From Deferribacterales bacterium (lineage in GTDB: Bacteria > Chrysiogenota > Deferribacteres > Deferribacterales > Geovibrionaceae): a stretch of 64,000 bases of DNA. The notes below the pieces were generated by a model that made no database searches, had not been told where the DNA came from, and saw only the letters and a list, made by a program, of their open reading frames with translations. The DNA lies in the NCBI GenBank assembly GCA_050253075.1, contig JBFWJS010000004.1:32001-96000 (forward strand). Reading direction: 5' to 3'. Made by a program: the position numbers and the translations under genes. Below are positions 13,251 to 25,101 of this stretch, in pieces; the stretch's first letter is position 1; each line of letters begins with the position of its first letter.

Positions 13251-13667
13251 TTGAAAAAGTTAATACTAATTTTGTCAGTGGCCGTATTTATGCTGACAGG
13301 GTGTGCTTCGGCGCCGAAGAGACCGTTTATGGAGGTCGCCAGCATACCGCAGGGTAAGGGTGTAGTGTATATCTACATGCCGTCTAAGGAAAACTATCTG
13401 AATGAACTGGACGTAAGAGTAGACAACATCGAAGGGATAGGCACCATCGCAGGGAACCTGCTCAAAGGGACATACGTGTCTTATATGGCTCCTGTGGGCG
13501 ACAACCTTTTCAGAGCTGAAAAGAAAGCCGTTAACATCACCGTCGAAGAGGGTCAGTCTTACTTTGTTAAGATAAAGACTTATAAGTTTTTCGGTGTGAA
13601 GATCGAACTTACCGAAATCGATCCTTCGGCAGGGTTCGTACATATCAAAACAACTCAGCAAAGATAA
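13251..13667 (+). CDS. Lipoprotein, DUF2846-like
   Basis: TTG start after AAGGAGG; lipobox LTGC; KGVVYIY and V.EGQSYFV patterns. Confidence 0.7.
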   Translation: MKKLILILSVAVFMLTGCASAPKRPFMEVASIPQGKGVVYIYMPSKENYLNELDVRVDNIEGIGTIAGNLLKGTYVSYMAPVGDNLFRAEKKAVNITVEEGQSYFVKIKTYKFFGVKIELTEIDPSAGFVHIKTTQQR

Positions 13668-13685
13668 TCACTTAAGGAGATAAAG

Positions 13686-13811
13686 ATGAAAAAAACATTA
13701 TTTCTGATACTGGCATTGAGCATCCTCGTCGCAGGCTGTGTGCCACAGAAGCAAACGATCCCTACGAGGACGACACTCACAAAATACACTGTTGATACAG
13801 ACTGTAAATAA
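13686..13811 (+). CDS. Small 41-aa lipoprotein (absent from ORF track)
   Basis: AAGGAG RBS; MKKTLFLILALSILVAGCVPQKQTIPTRTTLTKYTVDTDCK; lipobox VAGC; fills the gap between neighbouring genes. Confidence 0.75.
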   Translation: MKKTLFLILALSILVAGCVPQKQTIPTRTTLTKYTVDTDCK

Positions 13812-13825
13812 GGCGGGAGATGAAA

Positions 13826-14578
13826 ATGAAAAGAATAATAATACTTTTTACCATAGCGGCGGCAATGTTCTTAACAGGATGCACACAGTCCGCAGTTCAG
13901 TATACAAATGTGGGAGCTATGGATCTCCCTATTAAGAAATATCCTGCAAGGGAAAACCTTTCAGACCTGTCGCTTGCCATCGCAAAGCCAGAGGTCACCA
14001 TATCATTCAAAGCGTCAAACGTGCTTAAGCTCGCTCTGCAGAAGCGCATCGCTCAGGATGCATACACACTTGCTTGTCACCTTACGTCTGAAATGCGTAA
14101 GATACTCGTGGCAAAAGGCTTCACTATCACTGATACATTCGACAGCCTGAACGCTATGACATTCACACAGAAGAGAAACACATCTGCTCTTTTCACTGCT
14201 TTCATAAACATAGAGATAAGCGAAGAGACACTCTCTGAGCTCGTAGACTTTGTTCCACAGAGAGCATTCGGAACCATCGCTTCCAAGGCTAAGCTCCAGA
14301 TCGCTACAATCGAGCCTCTCTCAGGCGAGATCGTATGGCTGAAGAATGTACCTGTTCAGGACAGCGACATCCAGCTTCAGTACCCATACTGGCCTAGCAT
14401 GAACGCTTCCGAGTCTATGATACCGAACGAACTCACAGGCACAGTGGACTCTGTGGACGCTATCTTCAAGCAGACAAACGATAAGATCACAGACGCTGTG
14501 GACTCATTCGTAAGTGTTGACGAATTCATGTTCCTCAACACAGACATCAAAAAGCTGAAGAACATCAAACGCTACTAG
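13826..14578 (+). CDS. Lipoprotein, HpaA/neuraminyllactose-binding hemagglutinin-like
   Basis: Lipobox LTGC; IL..KGF....F.....MTF.QK and EPLSGE resemble the HpaA family (recalled similarity, not searched); alternative start 13820. Confidence 0.6.
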   Translation: MKRIIILFTIAAAMFLTGCTQSAVQYTNVGAMDLPIKKYPARENLSDLSLAIAKPEVTISFKASNVLKLALQKRIAQDAYTLACHLTSEMRKILVAKGFTITDTFDSLNAMTFTQKRNTSALFTAFINIEISEETLSELVDFVPQRAFGTIASKAKLQIATIEPLSGEIVWLKNVPVQDSDIQLQYPYWPSMNASESMIPNELTGTVDSVDAIFKQTNDKITDAVDSFVSVDEFMFLNTDIKKLKNIKRY

Positions 14579-14682
14579 GCAGGCGCCTAGAGGCTTATTA
14601 TAAGCGGATGCAATATGCGCTCACACTGTGAGCTGCATAGTTTATATAATTATAAGGGCTGCTCGGAAACGGACATAGCCCC

Positions 14683-14897
14683 TTAAAAGATTTGTTGTAG
14701 AATCTCTAAAACAAACAAAGCTACGTCATTCTGAGCGTAGCGAAGAATCTGATACCATTAGAGAATCTACGTGTTCAGATCCTTCGGCTAAAGCCTCAGG
14801 ATGACGAAAAAATTTTCCTGAAACATAAAAACCCCAATCTTATTATTAAAATTGGGGTTTTTCTTATTTTACTTCAAAATTTCAACACGTCTTTTAA
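14683..14897. mobile_element. MITE-like element, copy 1
   Basis: Ends ttaaaagatttgttg / caacacgtcttttaa (13/15 inverted match); left ~115 bp highly similar to 27424-27537; contains REP-like palindrome 14725-14805. Confidence 0.7.
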
Positions 14898-14931
14898 GTC
14901 TCTTGGGAAATGGGCGGCCTTTTTATTTCTA

Positions 14932-14992
14932 AGATTGCCGCGTCACTCCGTTCCTCGCAATGACTTTTAACACAAGGAACACGGATGTTCCT
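14932..14992. repeat. REP-like half repeat plus CGGA-loop hairpin
   Basis: agattgccgcgtcactccgttcctcgcaatgac; aggaaca-cgga-tgttcct. Confidence 0.55.
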
Positions 14993-15007
14993 GTTTCACG
15001 CCAAAAC

Positions 15008-15041
15008 AAAAAGGGCTGAACCTTTGCAGGAACAGCCCTTT
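15008..15041. terminator. Probable bidirectional intrinsic terminator
   Basis: aaaagggctg...cagcccttt hairpin between convergent genes. Confidence 0.55.
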
Positions 15042-15113
15042 ATTTTATTCAGCATTTACAGCACCTGAGAAAGCTATGCTTTCGATAGTGCCAAAAGGAA
15101 GGACACGAGTGTC

Positions 15114-17663
15114 CTAGAATGCTACAGTTTCGACGTAAGAGAGCTCGAAGTCTCCCATTTTGTCGAATTCGAGGTATTTGTATATCTCAGCTTTGTTAGG
15201 AGCTACTTTAGCGTTGTAAAGCTCGAAGTATTCAGCAGGTGTAGGGAGCTGACCTTTAAGAGCTGTTACGGCTGTGAGCTCGGCAGAACCGAGGAATACC
15301 ATAGATCCGTCACCGATACGGTTAGGGAAGTTACGTGTGGATGTGGAAAGCACGTATGCTCCCGGTGCAACACGTCCCTGGTTACCCATACAGAGTGAAC
15401 AGCCTGGAACTTCCATTCTAGCGCCTACGGAAGAGAAGATGCTGTAGTAGCCTTCATCTTTAAGCTGCATTTCGTCCATAAGTGTAGGAGGTGTCATCCA
15501 CATGCGTGTGGAAGGATACTGCTCGCCTTCCCAGATTTTACCTGCAGCGCGGAAGTGACCGATGTTTGTCATACAGGAACCGATGAATGTCTCATCGATC
15601 TTCTGACCTGCAACTTCGGAAAGAAGTTTAACATCATCAGGGTCGTTAGGGCATGCAAGGATTGGCTCTGTGATCTCTGCGAGGTCGATCTCGATAACAG
15701 CAGCGTATTCTGCGTTTTCGTCTCTCTCGAGGAGTTTCGGAGCAGCAAGCCATGCTTTAGCATCGTCGATACGCTTCTGAAGTGTAGCTGCGTGCTGGTA
15801 GCCTGCTTTGATCATTTTCTCCATCAGGGCGATGTTAGACTTAAGATAAGCAGCAACAGCTTCTTCTGTGAGCTTTATAGTACCGCCGGCAGCAGAGCGC
15901 TCAGCAGTAGCGTCAGTAAGCTCGAAAGCCTGCTCAACAGTCAGGTTCGGCAGACCTTCCATCTCAAGGATACGTCCGTTGAAGATGTTCTTTTTATTTT
16001 TCTTAGGAACAGTGAGAAGACCCTGCTTGATAGCCCAGAATGGGATAGCGTTTACAGCATCGCGAAGTGTGATGCCGGGGTTGAACTCACCTTTGAATTT
16101 TACAAGTACAGACTCAGGTACGTCGAGAGGCATGAAGCCGAGAGCACCTGCGAAAGCTACAAGACCGGAACCAGCAGGAAGTGAAAGTCCCATTGGGAAT
16201 CTTGTGTGGGAGTCACCGCCTGTTCCGAGTGTATCAGGAAGGAGGAGTCTGTTCAGCCAAGAGTGGATAACACCGTCTCCGGGTCTGAGAGCAACACCCT
16301 TTCTAGCGGATACGAAATCAGGGAGTGATTTGTGCATAGCAACGTCTGCTGATTTAGGGTAAGCAGCAGTGTGGCAGAAAGACTGCATAAACATAGGAGA
16401 AAGGAACTCAAGACAAGCGAGCTCTTTGATCTCGTCTCTTGTCATTGGTCCTGTTGTATCCTGAGAACCTACAGTAGTCATCTTAGGCTCACAAGCTGTT
16501 CCCGGAAGAACGCCTTCTACGCCGCATGCGCGTCCGATGATCTTCTGAGCGAGTGTGTAGCCCTGATCAGCCTTAGGTGTAGGGTTAACAGCTTTTGTAA
16601 ATACTTCGGACTCGCCGAGGCCGAGAGCTTTACGAGCATTATTTGTAAGTGTACGTCCGATGATAAGGTTAAGACGTCCGCCGGCTCTGTACTCGTCTTT
16701 AATAGTAGCAGGCTTAAGCTCGAAAGTGGAAACCACTTTACCGTTAGCGGATACTTCGCCTTTTTCAGTGTTGATAGTAACAACATCGCCTGTGTTAAGC
16801 TCATCAACGTTACACATGATAGGCAGACCGCCAGAGTCCTGTGTTGTGTTGAAGAAGATAGGAGCGATAACGTTACCGATGATAGTACCGCCGTTCTTTT
16901 TGTTAGGAACGAAAGGAATATCTGAACCTATTCTCCACATAACAGAGTTGCATGCAGACTTACGGGAAGAACCTGTACCTACAACGTCACCGATGAAAGC
17001 AACTTCAAAGCCTTCAGCCTTGAACTTTTCCATTGTCTCGTTTCCGTCAGGGAATCCTGTCTCACCCATAGCAAGAGCGTGGAGTGGGATATCAGGACGG
17101 CTCCATGCGTGTTTAGCAGGAGAAAAGTCGTCTGTGTTAGTCTCACCGGCAACTTTGTATATCTTAACCTGATACTCTTTTCTGAGCTCAGGCTTGCTTG
17201 TAAACCATTCAGCGTCAGCCCAGGACTGAAGAACAGCCTTAGCATTAGCGTTAGAAGCAGAAAGTTTAACTATCTCGTCGAAAGCACCGTAAACGAGGAT
17301 AGTCTTTTTAAGAGCTTCGGCAGCATCGGCACCGAGCTCTGCATCAGAGAGAAGCTCAACGAGGTATTTTACGTTGTAACCGCCGAGCATTGTTCCGAGA
17401 AGGAATACGGCGCGTTTTTTGTCGATAAGTGCACACTTGGCAGCACCTTTAGCGACTTTACCAAGCCAATCAGCTTTAACCTCGGAAGCAGGGTCAACAC
17501 CGGGTGCAACTCTGTTTTCGATGAGGTCTACGAGCTCAGCAGTAGCGTTTGCCTCGAGCATTTTGCATACTTCTGCAGTAAACTCAGCAGAAAGTGGAAG
17601 AGCAGGAATGCCCATTTTGGCTCTGTCTTCGACCTGTTTCTTGTAATCATCCATCATTGACAT
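15114..17663 (-). CDS. acnB: Aconitate hydratase B
   Basis: [63 protein letters not shown] 17663 follows AGGAG. Confidence 0.95.
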   Translation of the reverse strand: MSMMDDYKKQVEDRAKMGIPALPLSAEFTAEVCKMLEANATAELVDLIENRVAPGVDPASEVKADWLGKVAKGAAKCALIDKKRAVFLLGTMLGGYNVKYLVELLSDAELGADAAEALKKTILVYGAFDEIVKLSASNANAKAVLQSWADAEWFTSKPELRKEYQVKIYKVAGETNTDDFSPAKHAWSRPDIPLHALAMGETGFPDGNETMEKFKAEGFEVAFIGDVVGTGSSRKSACNSVMWRIGSDIPFVPNKKNGGTIIGNVIAPIFFNTTQDSGGLPIMCNVDELNTGDVVTINTEKGEVSANGKVVSTFELKPATIKDEYRAGGRLNLIIGRTLTNNARKALGLGESEVFTKAVNPTPKADQGYTLAQKIIGRACGVEGVLPGTACEPKMTTVGSQDTTGPMTRDEIKELACLEFLSPMFMQSFCHTAAYPKSADVAMHKSLPDFVSARKGVALRPGDGVIHSWLNRLLLPDTLGTGGDSHTRFPMGLSLPAGSGLVAFAGALGFMPLDVPESVLVKFKGEFNPGITLRDAVNAIPFWAIKQGLLTVPKKNKKNIFNGRILEMEGLPNLTVEQAFELTDATAERSAAGGTIKLTEEAVAAYLKSNIALMEKMIKAGYQHAATLQKRIDDAKAWLAAPKLLERDENAEYAAVIEIDLAEITEPILACPNDPDDVKLLSEVAGQKIDETFIGSCMTNIGHFRAAGKIWEGEQYPSTRMWMTPPTLMDEMQLKDEGYYSIFSSVGARMEVPGCSLCMGNQGRVAPGAYVLSTSTRNFPNRIGDGSMVFLGSAELTAVTALKGQLPTPAEYFELYNAKVAPNKAEIYKYLEFDKMGDFELSYVETVAF

Positions 17664-17785
17664 GATCAACTCCTATTAAGTTTAATGATTTATTTCCGAC
17701 CTGCAAAAGTTTAGGCACCTTCAACAGGCCTATTTTTTTCTTTTAGTTTTGCATTTGGGCGAAATACGCCTATGCCTCGCTAAAG

Positions 17786-17829
17786 ATTGTATTCTGTATA
17801 CAATATTTGGAACATTTGTCAAGCACTAT
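17786..17829 (-). promoter_or_regulatory. acnB promoter with TGTATACA operator
   Basis: Minus strand atagtgcTTGACAaat (identical to icd promoter), then ttgtatacagaatacaat. Confidence 0.6.
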
Positions 17830-18025
17830 TATTACGGCGTTTCAGCTAAAACACCTTAATTAAAGGGGATTTGAATAAGAAGAAGCAAAGATACACATAT
17901 GGAAATGAAACACCTTTTGACCACGCACCAATCATAGAATTCGTCGGCTTTTCCAGCGATTTCTTTCTCTGTGGACGAAAGATTTACCGCCTTTTTACCC
18001 AAGTGCGCGAATTCGGCAGTGCAAT

Positions 18026-20620
18026 TTACTCTTTGATCAATATCTCGAGAACCTGTGATTTTATATCCGATCTGAGCACAAGAGGCATTTCGTCAAATCT
18101 GTAAAGCCGCACGGCCTTATTGATCTCAGGCATGTCCGTCACGACATCTGAAAAGCAGTTTTCGAACCTGTCAAAAACATCTTTCTTATATGTACACTCG
18201 AATGATTTCGGAAACAGTGCCATGAAAAAGATGTTCCCCTCGACCAGATCCTGAAAAAAGTGCGACCCGAAAGAAAGCTCAGGCATGAGCCCGCCTTCCT
18301 CGAACTCTATCTCGCCAAGGGCGCTCATGTGATTTATATCTGCGAAATTAACAGGCACACCGAGCTTCGGAGTAGAAGTGCCCCATCGCCCCGGCCCCAG
18401 AAGCAGCGTCTGACGCCCGCACTCGGGGATATCGTCATTGATCTGCCTTATAGCTCTGGCAACGGAAAACTTCTCAGACTCGCTCAGATAATAATATTCA
18501 TAAGGATCGACAACAATCACCTGATGAAGTCTTATGATGGCATTCCCGCCCATAAAGTTGCTTTTCGACTGAAACACGGGCTTATAGTCTGCCAGTCTGC
18601 TTTCATCAAAATCCAGATCGTCTGATATTATATTTGTCTGGTGCGGTCTGCACTGAACCAGATTGACCTTGTAAGAGCCGTCTTCCGTGAAATTCAGCGT
18701 GAATTCAATATCGACCGGATATTCGTATTCATCTTCGATAATGTTCATAAGCTCCATCATCTGCTCGGTAAAATCTGTCTGTTTCAGCAGTCTGTCGAAG
18801 GTGACTATCCAGATATCTTTTCTCGGACGCCCCCTGTCCGCAAGCATCCTTTCCGCCGCTCTGTCATGGACGGCTACTTTATTAAAATCAAAAGGGAAAT
18901 CCTTATTATATAATTCATAGATAGAGACAGCATTCTTACCGCTCACTCTCGTGTCGAGCACATCGAGCTGCCTCTGTGAAAAACGCTTTATATCGTCCGT
19001 ATCATTCAGAGGGTTCATATCCGGTGCATTAAGCGCCACGACACGGGGATAGTCGTCCTTCACCCTGTTCACAGCCCTTGTGCCGAGCCCCACGACCAAA
19101 CGGAGCATACCTGCCTCCGGCTTTATATCATCGTGCCAGACATAAGTGTTGTATGACAAGCCCACGCCCGCCACATGAGGATAATAATAGTATCCGTGAA
19201 AACACCCTGAAACCCTTTGTATAAGGATCCCCATCTGCTCATCGGTATGCGCCAGCCCCTTAGTAATGCGGTATTCAAGGGCGTCCTGACACATCGCGCT
19301 GGCATATACACGTTTCAGGTTATAAATGAACTCCTTAAGCCTCGTCTCAGGTGAACCCTGAATCGAACAGAAAAAGCTCTCATATTTCCCTGCAAAAGCA
19401 TTACCGAAGCCGTCCTCCATTATACTGCTGGAACGGACAACGATAGGGTACTGGCCGTAATAGTCCAGCATAGCGCTGAACTGCTCTATGATCTCAGCAG
19501 GGAATTCGCCGTCAAGCATTAGCTTTTCGAGCTGTCTGCCTGCTTTCAGATACCCCTGTTCTGTCCTGTGCTCGATATACAGATTCCACCAGCCGTTATG
19601 AATGATGAAAGTATGAAAAACATCCGAACCGATAAAATACGAATCATGGGGCTCCATAAGGTTTCCCCATCTTTCTAAATCGTTGTTCTCCAATATCTTT
19701 CTGGACAGCAGCATACCTGTGGACTTTCCGCCGATAAATCCCGTGCCTATCATTCTGGATTTGATCGCTATCATATCCCCGAGGGTGAAATGCTTTTTCA
19801 CAAGTCTCAGTATATCCCTGTCACGGCTGATGATATGGCTTGAAATAGTATCGAAGACCTCAGATTTCTCTTCACTGTCGGGTAAAGACACCATCTCTCT
19901 GGCGTGCAGGATCATCCTGTCCCATGCATCCAGCTTCTTCTGGGCAGATGTCGTGACAGAACACAAGCTATAGAAAAGCCCCGTTGCCTCAATGCTGTTC
20001 ACGACGGGTCTGAATACGCCGTCCTCATGAAGTTTATGCGGGAGAAACATCGTAGGCGAGCTTCTTTCAAAAACTTTATGGGGGTGCATATATATTGTCC
20101 CTGCGTCGTTATACAGCTCAACAAATATCTGCGTTGTACCCTTTATTTTATTAATAGTATTGAACGAATGAGAGTTTTTCAAAGTGGCGAAGTATGCCAG
20201 AGCTTTCATCTTATACAGGTACGGACAGGTAACCATGAAAAGGTTCGCTATCATCGAATCTGTCGCCCAGTGCGAAAGCAGAGAGGAAAGACAATCAAAA
20301 ACGAAATACGAACCTTCCCCTGCCTGATTTATGTGTTCATATATCTGTTTAGAAAAGTTCTCGAAACCGACAGTGGGGTCCAGCTCGTGCAGTATGACAT
20401 TCTCGTTGTAGATGTCGATGACATAAGAATGGTCTGCAAAGCGGATGTAATGAACTTTGTTCCCGAGGTTTAAGGCTTTGTCGGCGTAAGGCTGAGCAAA
20501 TTTAATGTACTCATCGACGGATGGGGTGTGCCATACGACATTATCCCCTGCCCACAGAAAATTCAGGATTTCATCCAGACATTCCCTGCCTGTACTGATA
20601 TTTTCGGGCTGGCTGTTCAT
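18026..20620 (-). CDS. PEP/pyruvate-binding (PPDK_N-like ATP-grasp) domain protein with KaiC/RecA-like N-terminus
   Basis: IGGKS.G, VRSSS.MED...AFAGKYES, DIEF, VQCRP; C-terminal GPGRWGT and SFGSHFFQ; N-terminal ISTG...LDEIL...GDNVVW. Confidence 0.8.
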   Translation of the reverse strand: MNSQPENISTGRECLDEILNFLWAGDNVVWHTPSVDEYIKFAQPYADKALNLGNKVHYIRFADHSYVIDIYNENVILHELDPTVGFENFSKQIYEHINQAGEGSYFVFDCLSSLLSHWATDSMIANLFMVTCPYLYKMKALAYFATLKNSHSFNTINKIKGTTQIFVELYNDAGTIYMHPHKVFERSSPTMFLPHKLHEDGVFRPVVNSIEATGLFYSLCSVTTSAQKKLDAWDRMILHAREMVSLPDSEEKSEVFDTISSHIISRDRDILRLVKKHFTLGDMIAIKSRMIGTGFIGGKSTGMLLSRKILENNDLERWGNLMEPHDSYFIGSDVFHTFIIHNGWWNLYIEHRTEQGYLKAGRQLEKLMLDGEFPAEIIEQFSAMLDYYGQYPIVVRSSSIMEDGFGNAFAGKYESFFCSIQGSPETRLKEFIYNLKRVYASAMCQDALEYRITKGLAHTDEQMGILIQRVSGCFHGYYYYPHVAGVGLSYNTYVWHDDIKPEAGMLRLVVGLGTRAVNRVKDDYPRVVALNAPDMNPLNDTDDIKRFSQRQLDVLDTRVSGKNAVSIYELYNKDFPFDFNKVAVHDRAAERMLADRGRPRKDIWIVTFDRLLKQTDFTEQMMELMNIIEDEYEYPVDIEFTLNFTEDGSYKVNLVQCRPHQTNIISDDLDFDESRLADYKPVFQSKSNFMGGNAIIRLHQVIVVDPYEYYYLSESEKFSVARAIRQINDDIPECGRQTLLLGPGRWGTSTPKLGVPVNFADINHMSALGEIEFEEGGLMPELSFGSHFFQDLVEGNIFFMALFPKSFECTYKKDVFDRFENCFSDVVTDMPEINKAVRLYRFDEMPLVLRSDIKSQVLEILIKE

Positions 20621-20668
20621 TCGCTCCTCCGGATTATAAAAAAGCGGGGCCGAAACCCCGCATATTAT

Positions 20669-22033
<1,365 letters not shown>

Positions 22034-22346
22034 TTAATCTAAACCCAATCAAGAACCTAATAATGTAATAAATACTACACGATTGGCATTAGAAAACAAT
22101 GTATTACTTTAAACAATGCTTTCATGCCTATTATCCGAGACTCTAAATTTGTGGTATTTCGAATGATATTTAAGAACAGAAAAAGGACATTAGATAACCT
22201 CTATGCAGGCAGCAGAATATCTGCTGACTCACTGACGGCCTTATAGTTATTTTTACGTATTTTCACTCTTTAAAAACACATATTAACACTTAGGCGATAA
22301 TAGTGGTATAATAGCGTATATGTGTGGCTTCCTAATTTAATTCATC

Positions 22347-24380
22347 ATGAGTGTGGTTATTATTATGTTTAGGCTAGTGTTTTTTACGGCCGCTTTACTA
22401 ATATGTTTCCCTCTTTATGCCCGTGACAAATATGTCGCGGCATTCCCGGAGAATGTCCCGCCATACTACATAACCATAAACGGAGAGACAAACGGCTTCG
22501 GCATTGAGCTTGTGAAAGAGCTGGCAAAAAGGCTGGATATAGATGTCGAGTTCCACCCTATGCGCACCCGAGAAGACGTTGTAAAAGCTATCATGCAGGG
22601 TGAGGCAGACATCATCCCCAACACCATAAAGACAGATAAACGCTCCCCCTTTCTCCTTTATACCGAGTCGTACAACACCAGCCCCGTGGGTGTGATGACA
22701 CGAACGGACAAGTACGACATCAACTCTCTGGAAGACCTCGCAAATCATAAGCTGGCATACCAGTCAAACAACATTTACCTTAACAAACTGGCACACATAG
22801 ACAACATAAAGCTCATCCCCACGGAAAACGGCGAACACCTGCTTTACGACCTTTTCTCAGGGAAAGTAGACGCCATCCTTTATCACATCCCCCCCACACT
22901 GGAGACGGCAAAAGCCATGGGCATAGGCAACAGAATAAAGATAATACACCCTATACTATACGAATCCGTGCGTTCCATCGCCGTGTCTAAACGCCAGCCA
23001 GACCTTTACCTTATGCTTAACAGCGAGCTGATAAACTATATGAAGACAGGCGAATACATAGACCTTTTCAAAAAGTGGCACGCAGACGATGAGGTCTATT
23101 GGGACAGGCGAAAGACTTACACCATTTTCATATCCATATTCATAATAACTATGGCAGGGATGATCCTCTGGAGGTTCATATCCCTGAAAAAGAAGAATAA
23201 AGAGCTGAAAAGCGCAAAAGAGGCACTGGAAAAATCAGAGGAATCTTTCAGAGCTCTTGCGGGGGTATCAAACGACATCATGATATTCTGCAGTCCTGAT
23301 TATAAAGACGTGTTCTTCATCAGCGACTCTTACAGCAGGATCTGCGGAAGGGACATCGACAGCTTTAAGGAAGACCCGCTCTCCCTCAGGCGCTGTGTAC
23401 ACCCCGCAGACAGAGAGTTTCTCGAACCGAACAGTATATTCCTGAAAGAATCAGAACTGAACAAAAACATACGGCTGATAAACAACAGAACCGAAGAAGT
23501 ACACTGGGTAATAATACGTAAATACCTTTTCACCGGCGAAAAGAGCAAAGAAGCAATGCTCGCCGTGGTTATGACAGAGATCAGCGATGTGATCAAAGCT
23601 CAGGAAGAGCGTGCAGCACACGAGGCTGTCATGGTGCAGCAGGCAAAATATGCCTCAATGGGAGAGATGATAAGAGCCATATCCCACCAGTGGAAACAGC
23701 CGCTAAACGCCCTCTATCTCTGTACACAGCTGATGCAGGACGAAGCAGAAGAGAGACAGGACGATACCATGCTGGAATACCTGCACTCTTCCGAAGAGCT
23801 TATTGAGCACATGGCGTCCACCATCTCTGATTTCCGCTCATTCTTCAAAAGCGACAACACCAGCGAGGACTTCGACGCCACAGCCACAGTCATAAACACC
23901 ATAAAGCTCATAGAGCCCCAGATACGCTCACTGGGCATCAAATACAGCATTACCTGCTCCTGTCATAATCAGGAGTACAACTGCAGCAACAAGATCGTCA
24001 ATAAAGACCACCCATGCAAATTCTATGTAAAGGGTAAGCGGAATGAATTCAAACACGCAGTGATAAACATACTGCAGAACGCCAAAGACGAACTGGTAAG
24101 AAAATCAAGCGATGATAAGAATATAACTGTCACCATGCACTGCAACGGCGGATTTATGCTGGATATATCAGACGACGGAAAAGGGATAGCAGAAGGCATG
24201 CTGGAAAAGATCTTCAACCCCGATATAACAATGAAGGAAGACGGCACGGGGCTCGGGCTGCACCTGACCAAAAAGATAATTGAAAATATGCAAGGCAGGG
24301 TCTGGGCAGAGAATTATAACGACGGCGCCAGATTCAGGATAAAGCTCCCGCTTTATAACAAACAGGACACCTTTAACTGA
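22347..24380 (+). CDS. Sensor histidine kinase (periplasmic SBP family 3 domain, TM, PAS, HisKA, HATPase)
   Basis: PPY/GF.IEL SBP motifs; HPAD PAS; ISHQWKQPLN H-box; DDGKG, GTGLGL. Confidence 0.9.
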   Translation: MSVVIIMFRLVFFTAALLICFPLYARDKYVAAFPENVPPYYITINGETNGFGIELVKELAKRLDIDVEFHPMRTREDVVKAIMQGEADIIPNTIKTDKRSPFLLYTESYNTSPVGVMTRTDKYDINSLEDLANHKLAYQSNNIYLNKLAHIDNIKLIPTENGEHLLYDLFSGKVDAILYHIPPTLETAKAMGIGNRIKIIHPILYESVRSIAVSKRQPDLYLMLNSELINYMKTGEYIDLFKKWHADDEVYWDRRKTYTIFISIFIITMAGMILWRFISLKKKNKELKSAKEALEKSEESFRALAGVSNDIMIFCSPDYKDVFFISDSYSRICGRDIDSFKEDPLSLRRCVHPADREFLEPNSIFLKESELNKNIRLINNRTEEVHWVIIRKYLFTGEKSKEAMLAVVMTEISDVIKAQEERAAHEAVMVQQAKYASMGEMIRAISHQWKQPLNALYLCTQLMQDEAEERQDDTMLEYLHSSEELIEHMASTISDFRSFFKSDNTSEDFDATATVINTIKLIEPQIRSLGIKYSITCSCHNQEYNCSNKIVNKDHPCKFYVKGKRNEFKHAVINILQNAKDELVRKSSDDKNITVTMHCNGGFMLDISDDGKGIAEGMLEKIFNPDITMKEDGTGLGLHLTKKIIENMQGRVWAENYNDGARFRIKLPLYNKQDTFN

Positions 24381-25005
24381 TAATAGCGAAAGCCCTCACA
24401 GGGGAACCGTCTCCACGCTCTATGTTCAGAGGCAGACAGCTTATCGCAAACTCTTTCCCTTCGAGCTTATCAAGATTTGCGAGGTTTTCAACTATCAGCA
24501 TCTCATGACCAAAGAATATCTTGTGATTGCCAAAGTCCACAGTGTCCACAGGGTCTACGGATATCATATCCACGCATATCCCCTTCAGACCGCTCTTCGC
24601 AAGGAAAAGTGACGCCTCCTCAGACAGCACGGGATAGTTTGTGAAATACCTGTCATCGCCCCATCTCTTGCTCCAGCCGGACATCAGCACGGCAAAGTCC
24701 GCACCTTTCAGCTCCGCTTCATAGCTTTTGATATATGATAGCGACACTATCTCCATCCCACGCACGTCTATCAGCACGCCCCGCCCTGTGAAGTCGGATA
24801 TGTCATAGTCCGAAAGCGACCTTCCCCCCTCCATAATGTGGCAAGGGGTATCCATGTGTGTCCCCGTATGGGAAAACATAGTGATGAGGCGCTCCTCGAA
24901 GCCGTTCTTTCCGATGGTGGTTTCCACCTTTATCTCAGGCGGTTTTGTCCCCGGATATACTGGCATATTCTCTTGTATCATGTGTGTAAGGTCTATCATC
25001 TTCAT
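24373..25005 (-). CDS. Cyclase family (kynurenine formamidase-like) metal hydrolase
   Basis: IDLTH, HTGTHMDTP.H, IVENL, DGSPVRA. Confidence 0.88.
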   Translation of the reverse strand: MKMIDLTHMIQENMPVYPGTKPPEIKVETTIGKNGFEERLITMFSHTGTHMDTPCHIMEGGRSLSDYDISDFTGRGVLIDVRGMEIVSLSYIKSYEAELKGADFAVLMSGWSKRWGDDRYFTNYPVLSEEASLFLAKSGLKGICVDMISVDPVDTVDFGNHKIFFGHEMLIVENLANLDKLEGKEFAISCLPLNIERGDGSPVRAFAIIS

Positions 25006-25045
25006 AACTGCTATTTACCACAAGTTTTGCCCTTTGTAAAAGGAT

Positions 25046-25090
25046 TTGACTTTTGCCCATACTTAGACTAATTTGGACAAAATTAGACAG
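25046..25090 (+). promoter_or_regulatory. Promoter overlapped by three 10-bp direct repeats
   Basis: TTGACT-N17-TAATTT; acttagacta atttggacaa aattagacag at 25061-25090. Confidence 0.55.
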
Positions 25091-25101
25091 GAATCATAAT
25101 A

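Noticed and set aside
13738..13935. 65-aa ORF in the track
   Set aside because: Out of frame with two better-supported lipoprotein genes
14683..14897. Possible CRISPR array from repeated hairpins
   Set aside because: No identical direct repeats with unique regular spacers and no cas genes in the window
17871..18104. 77-aa + strand ORF
   Set aside because: TTG start without a clear RBS, overlaps the end of the opposite-strand gene, no motifs
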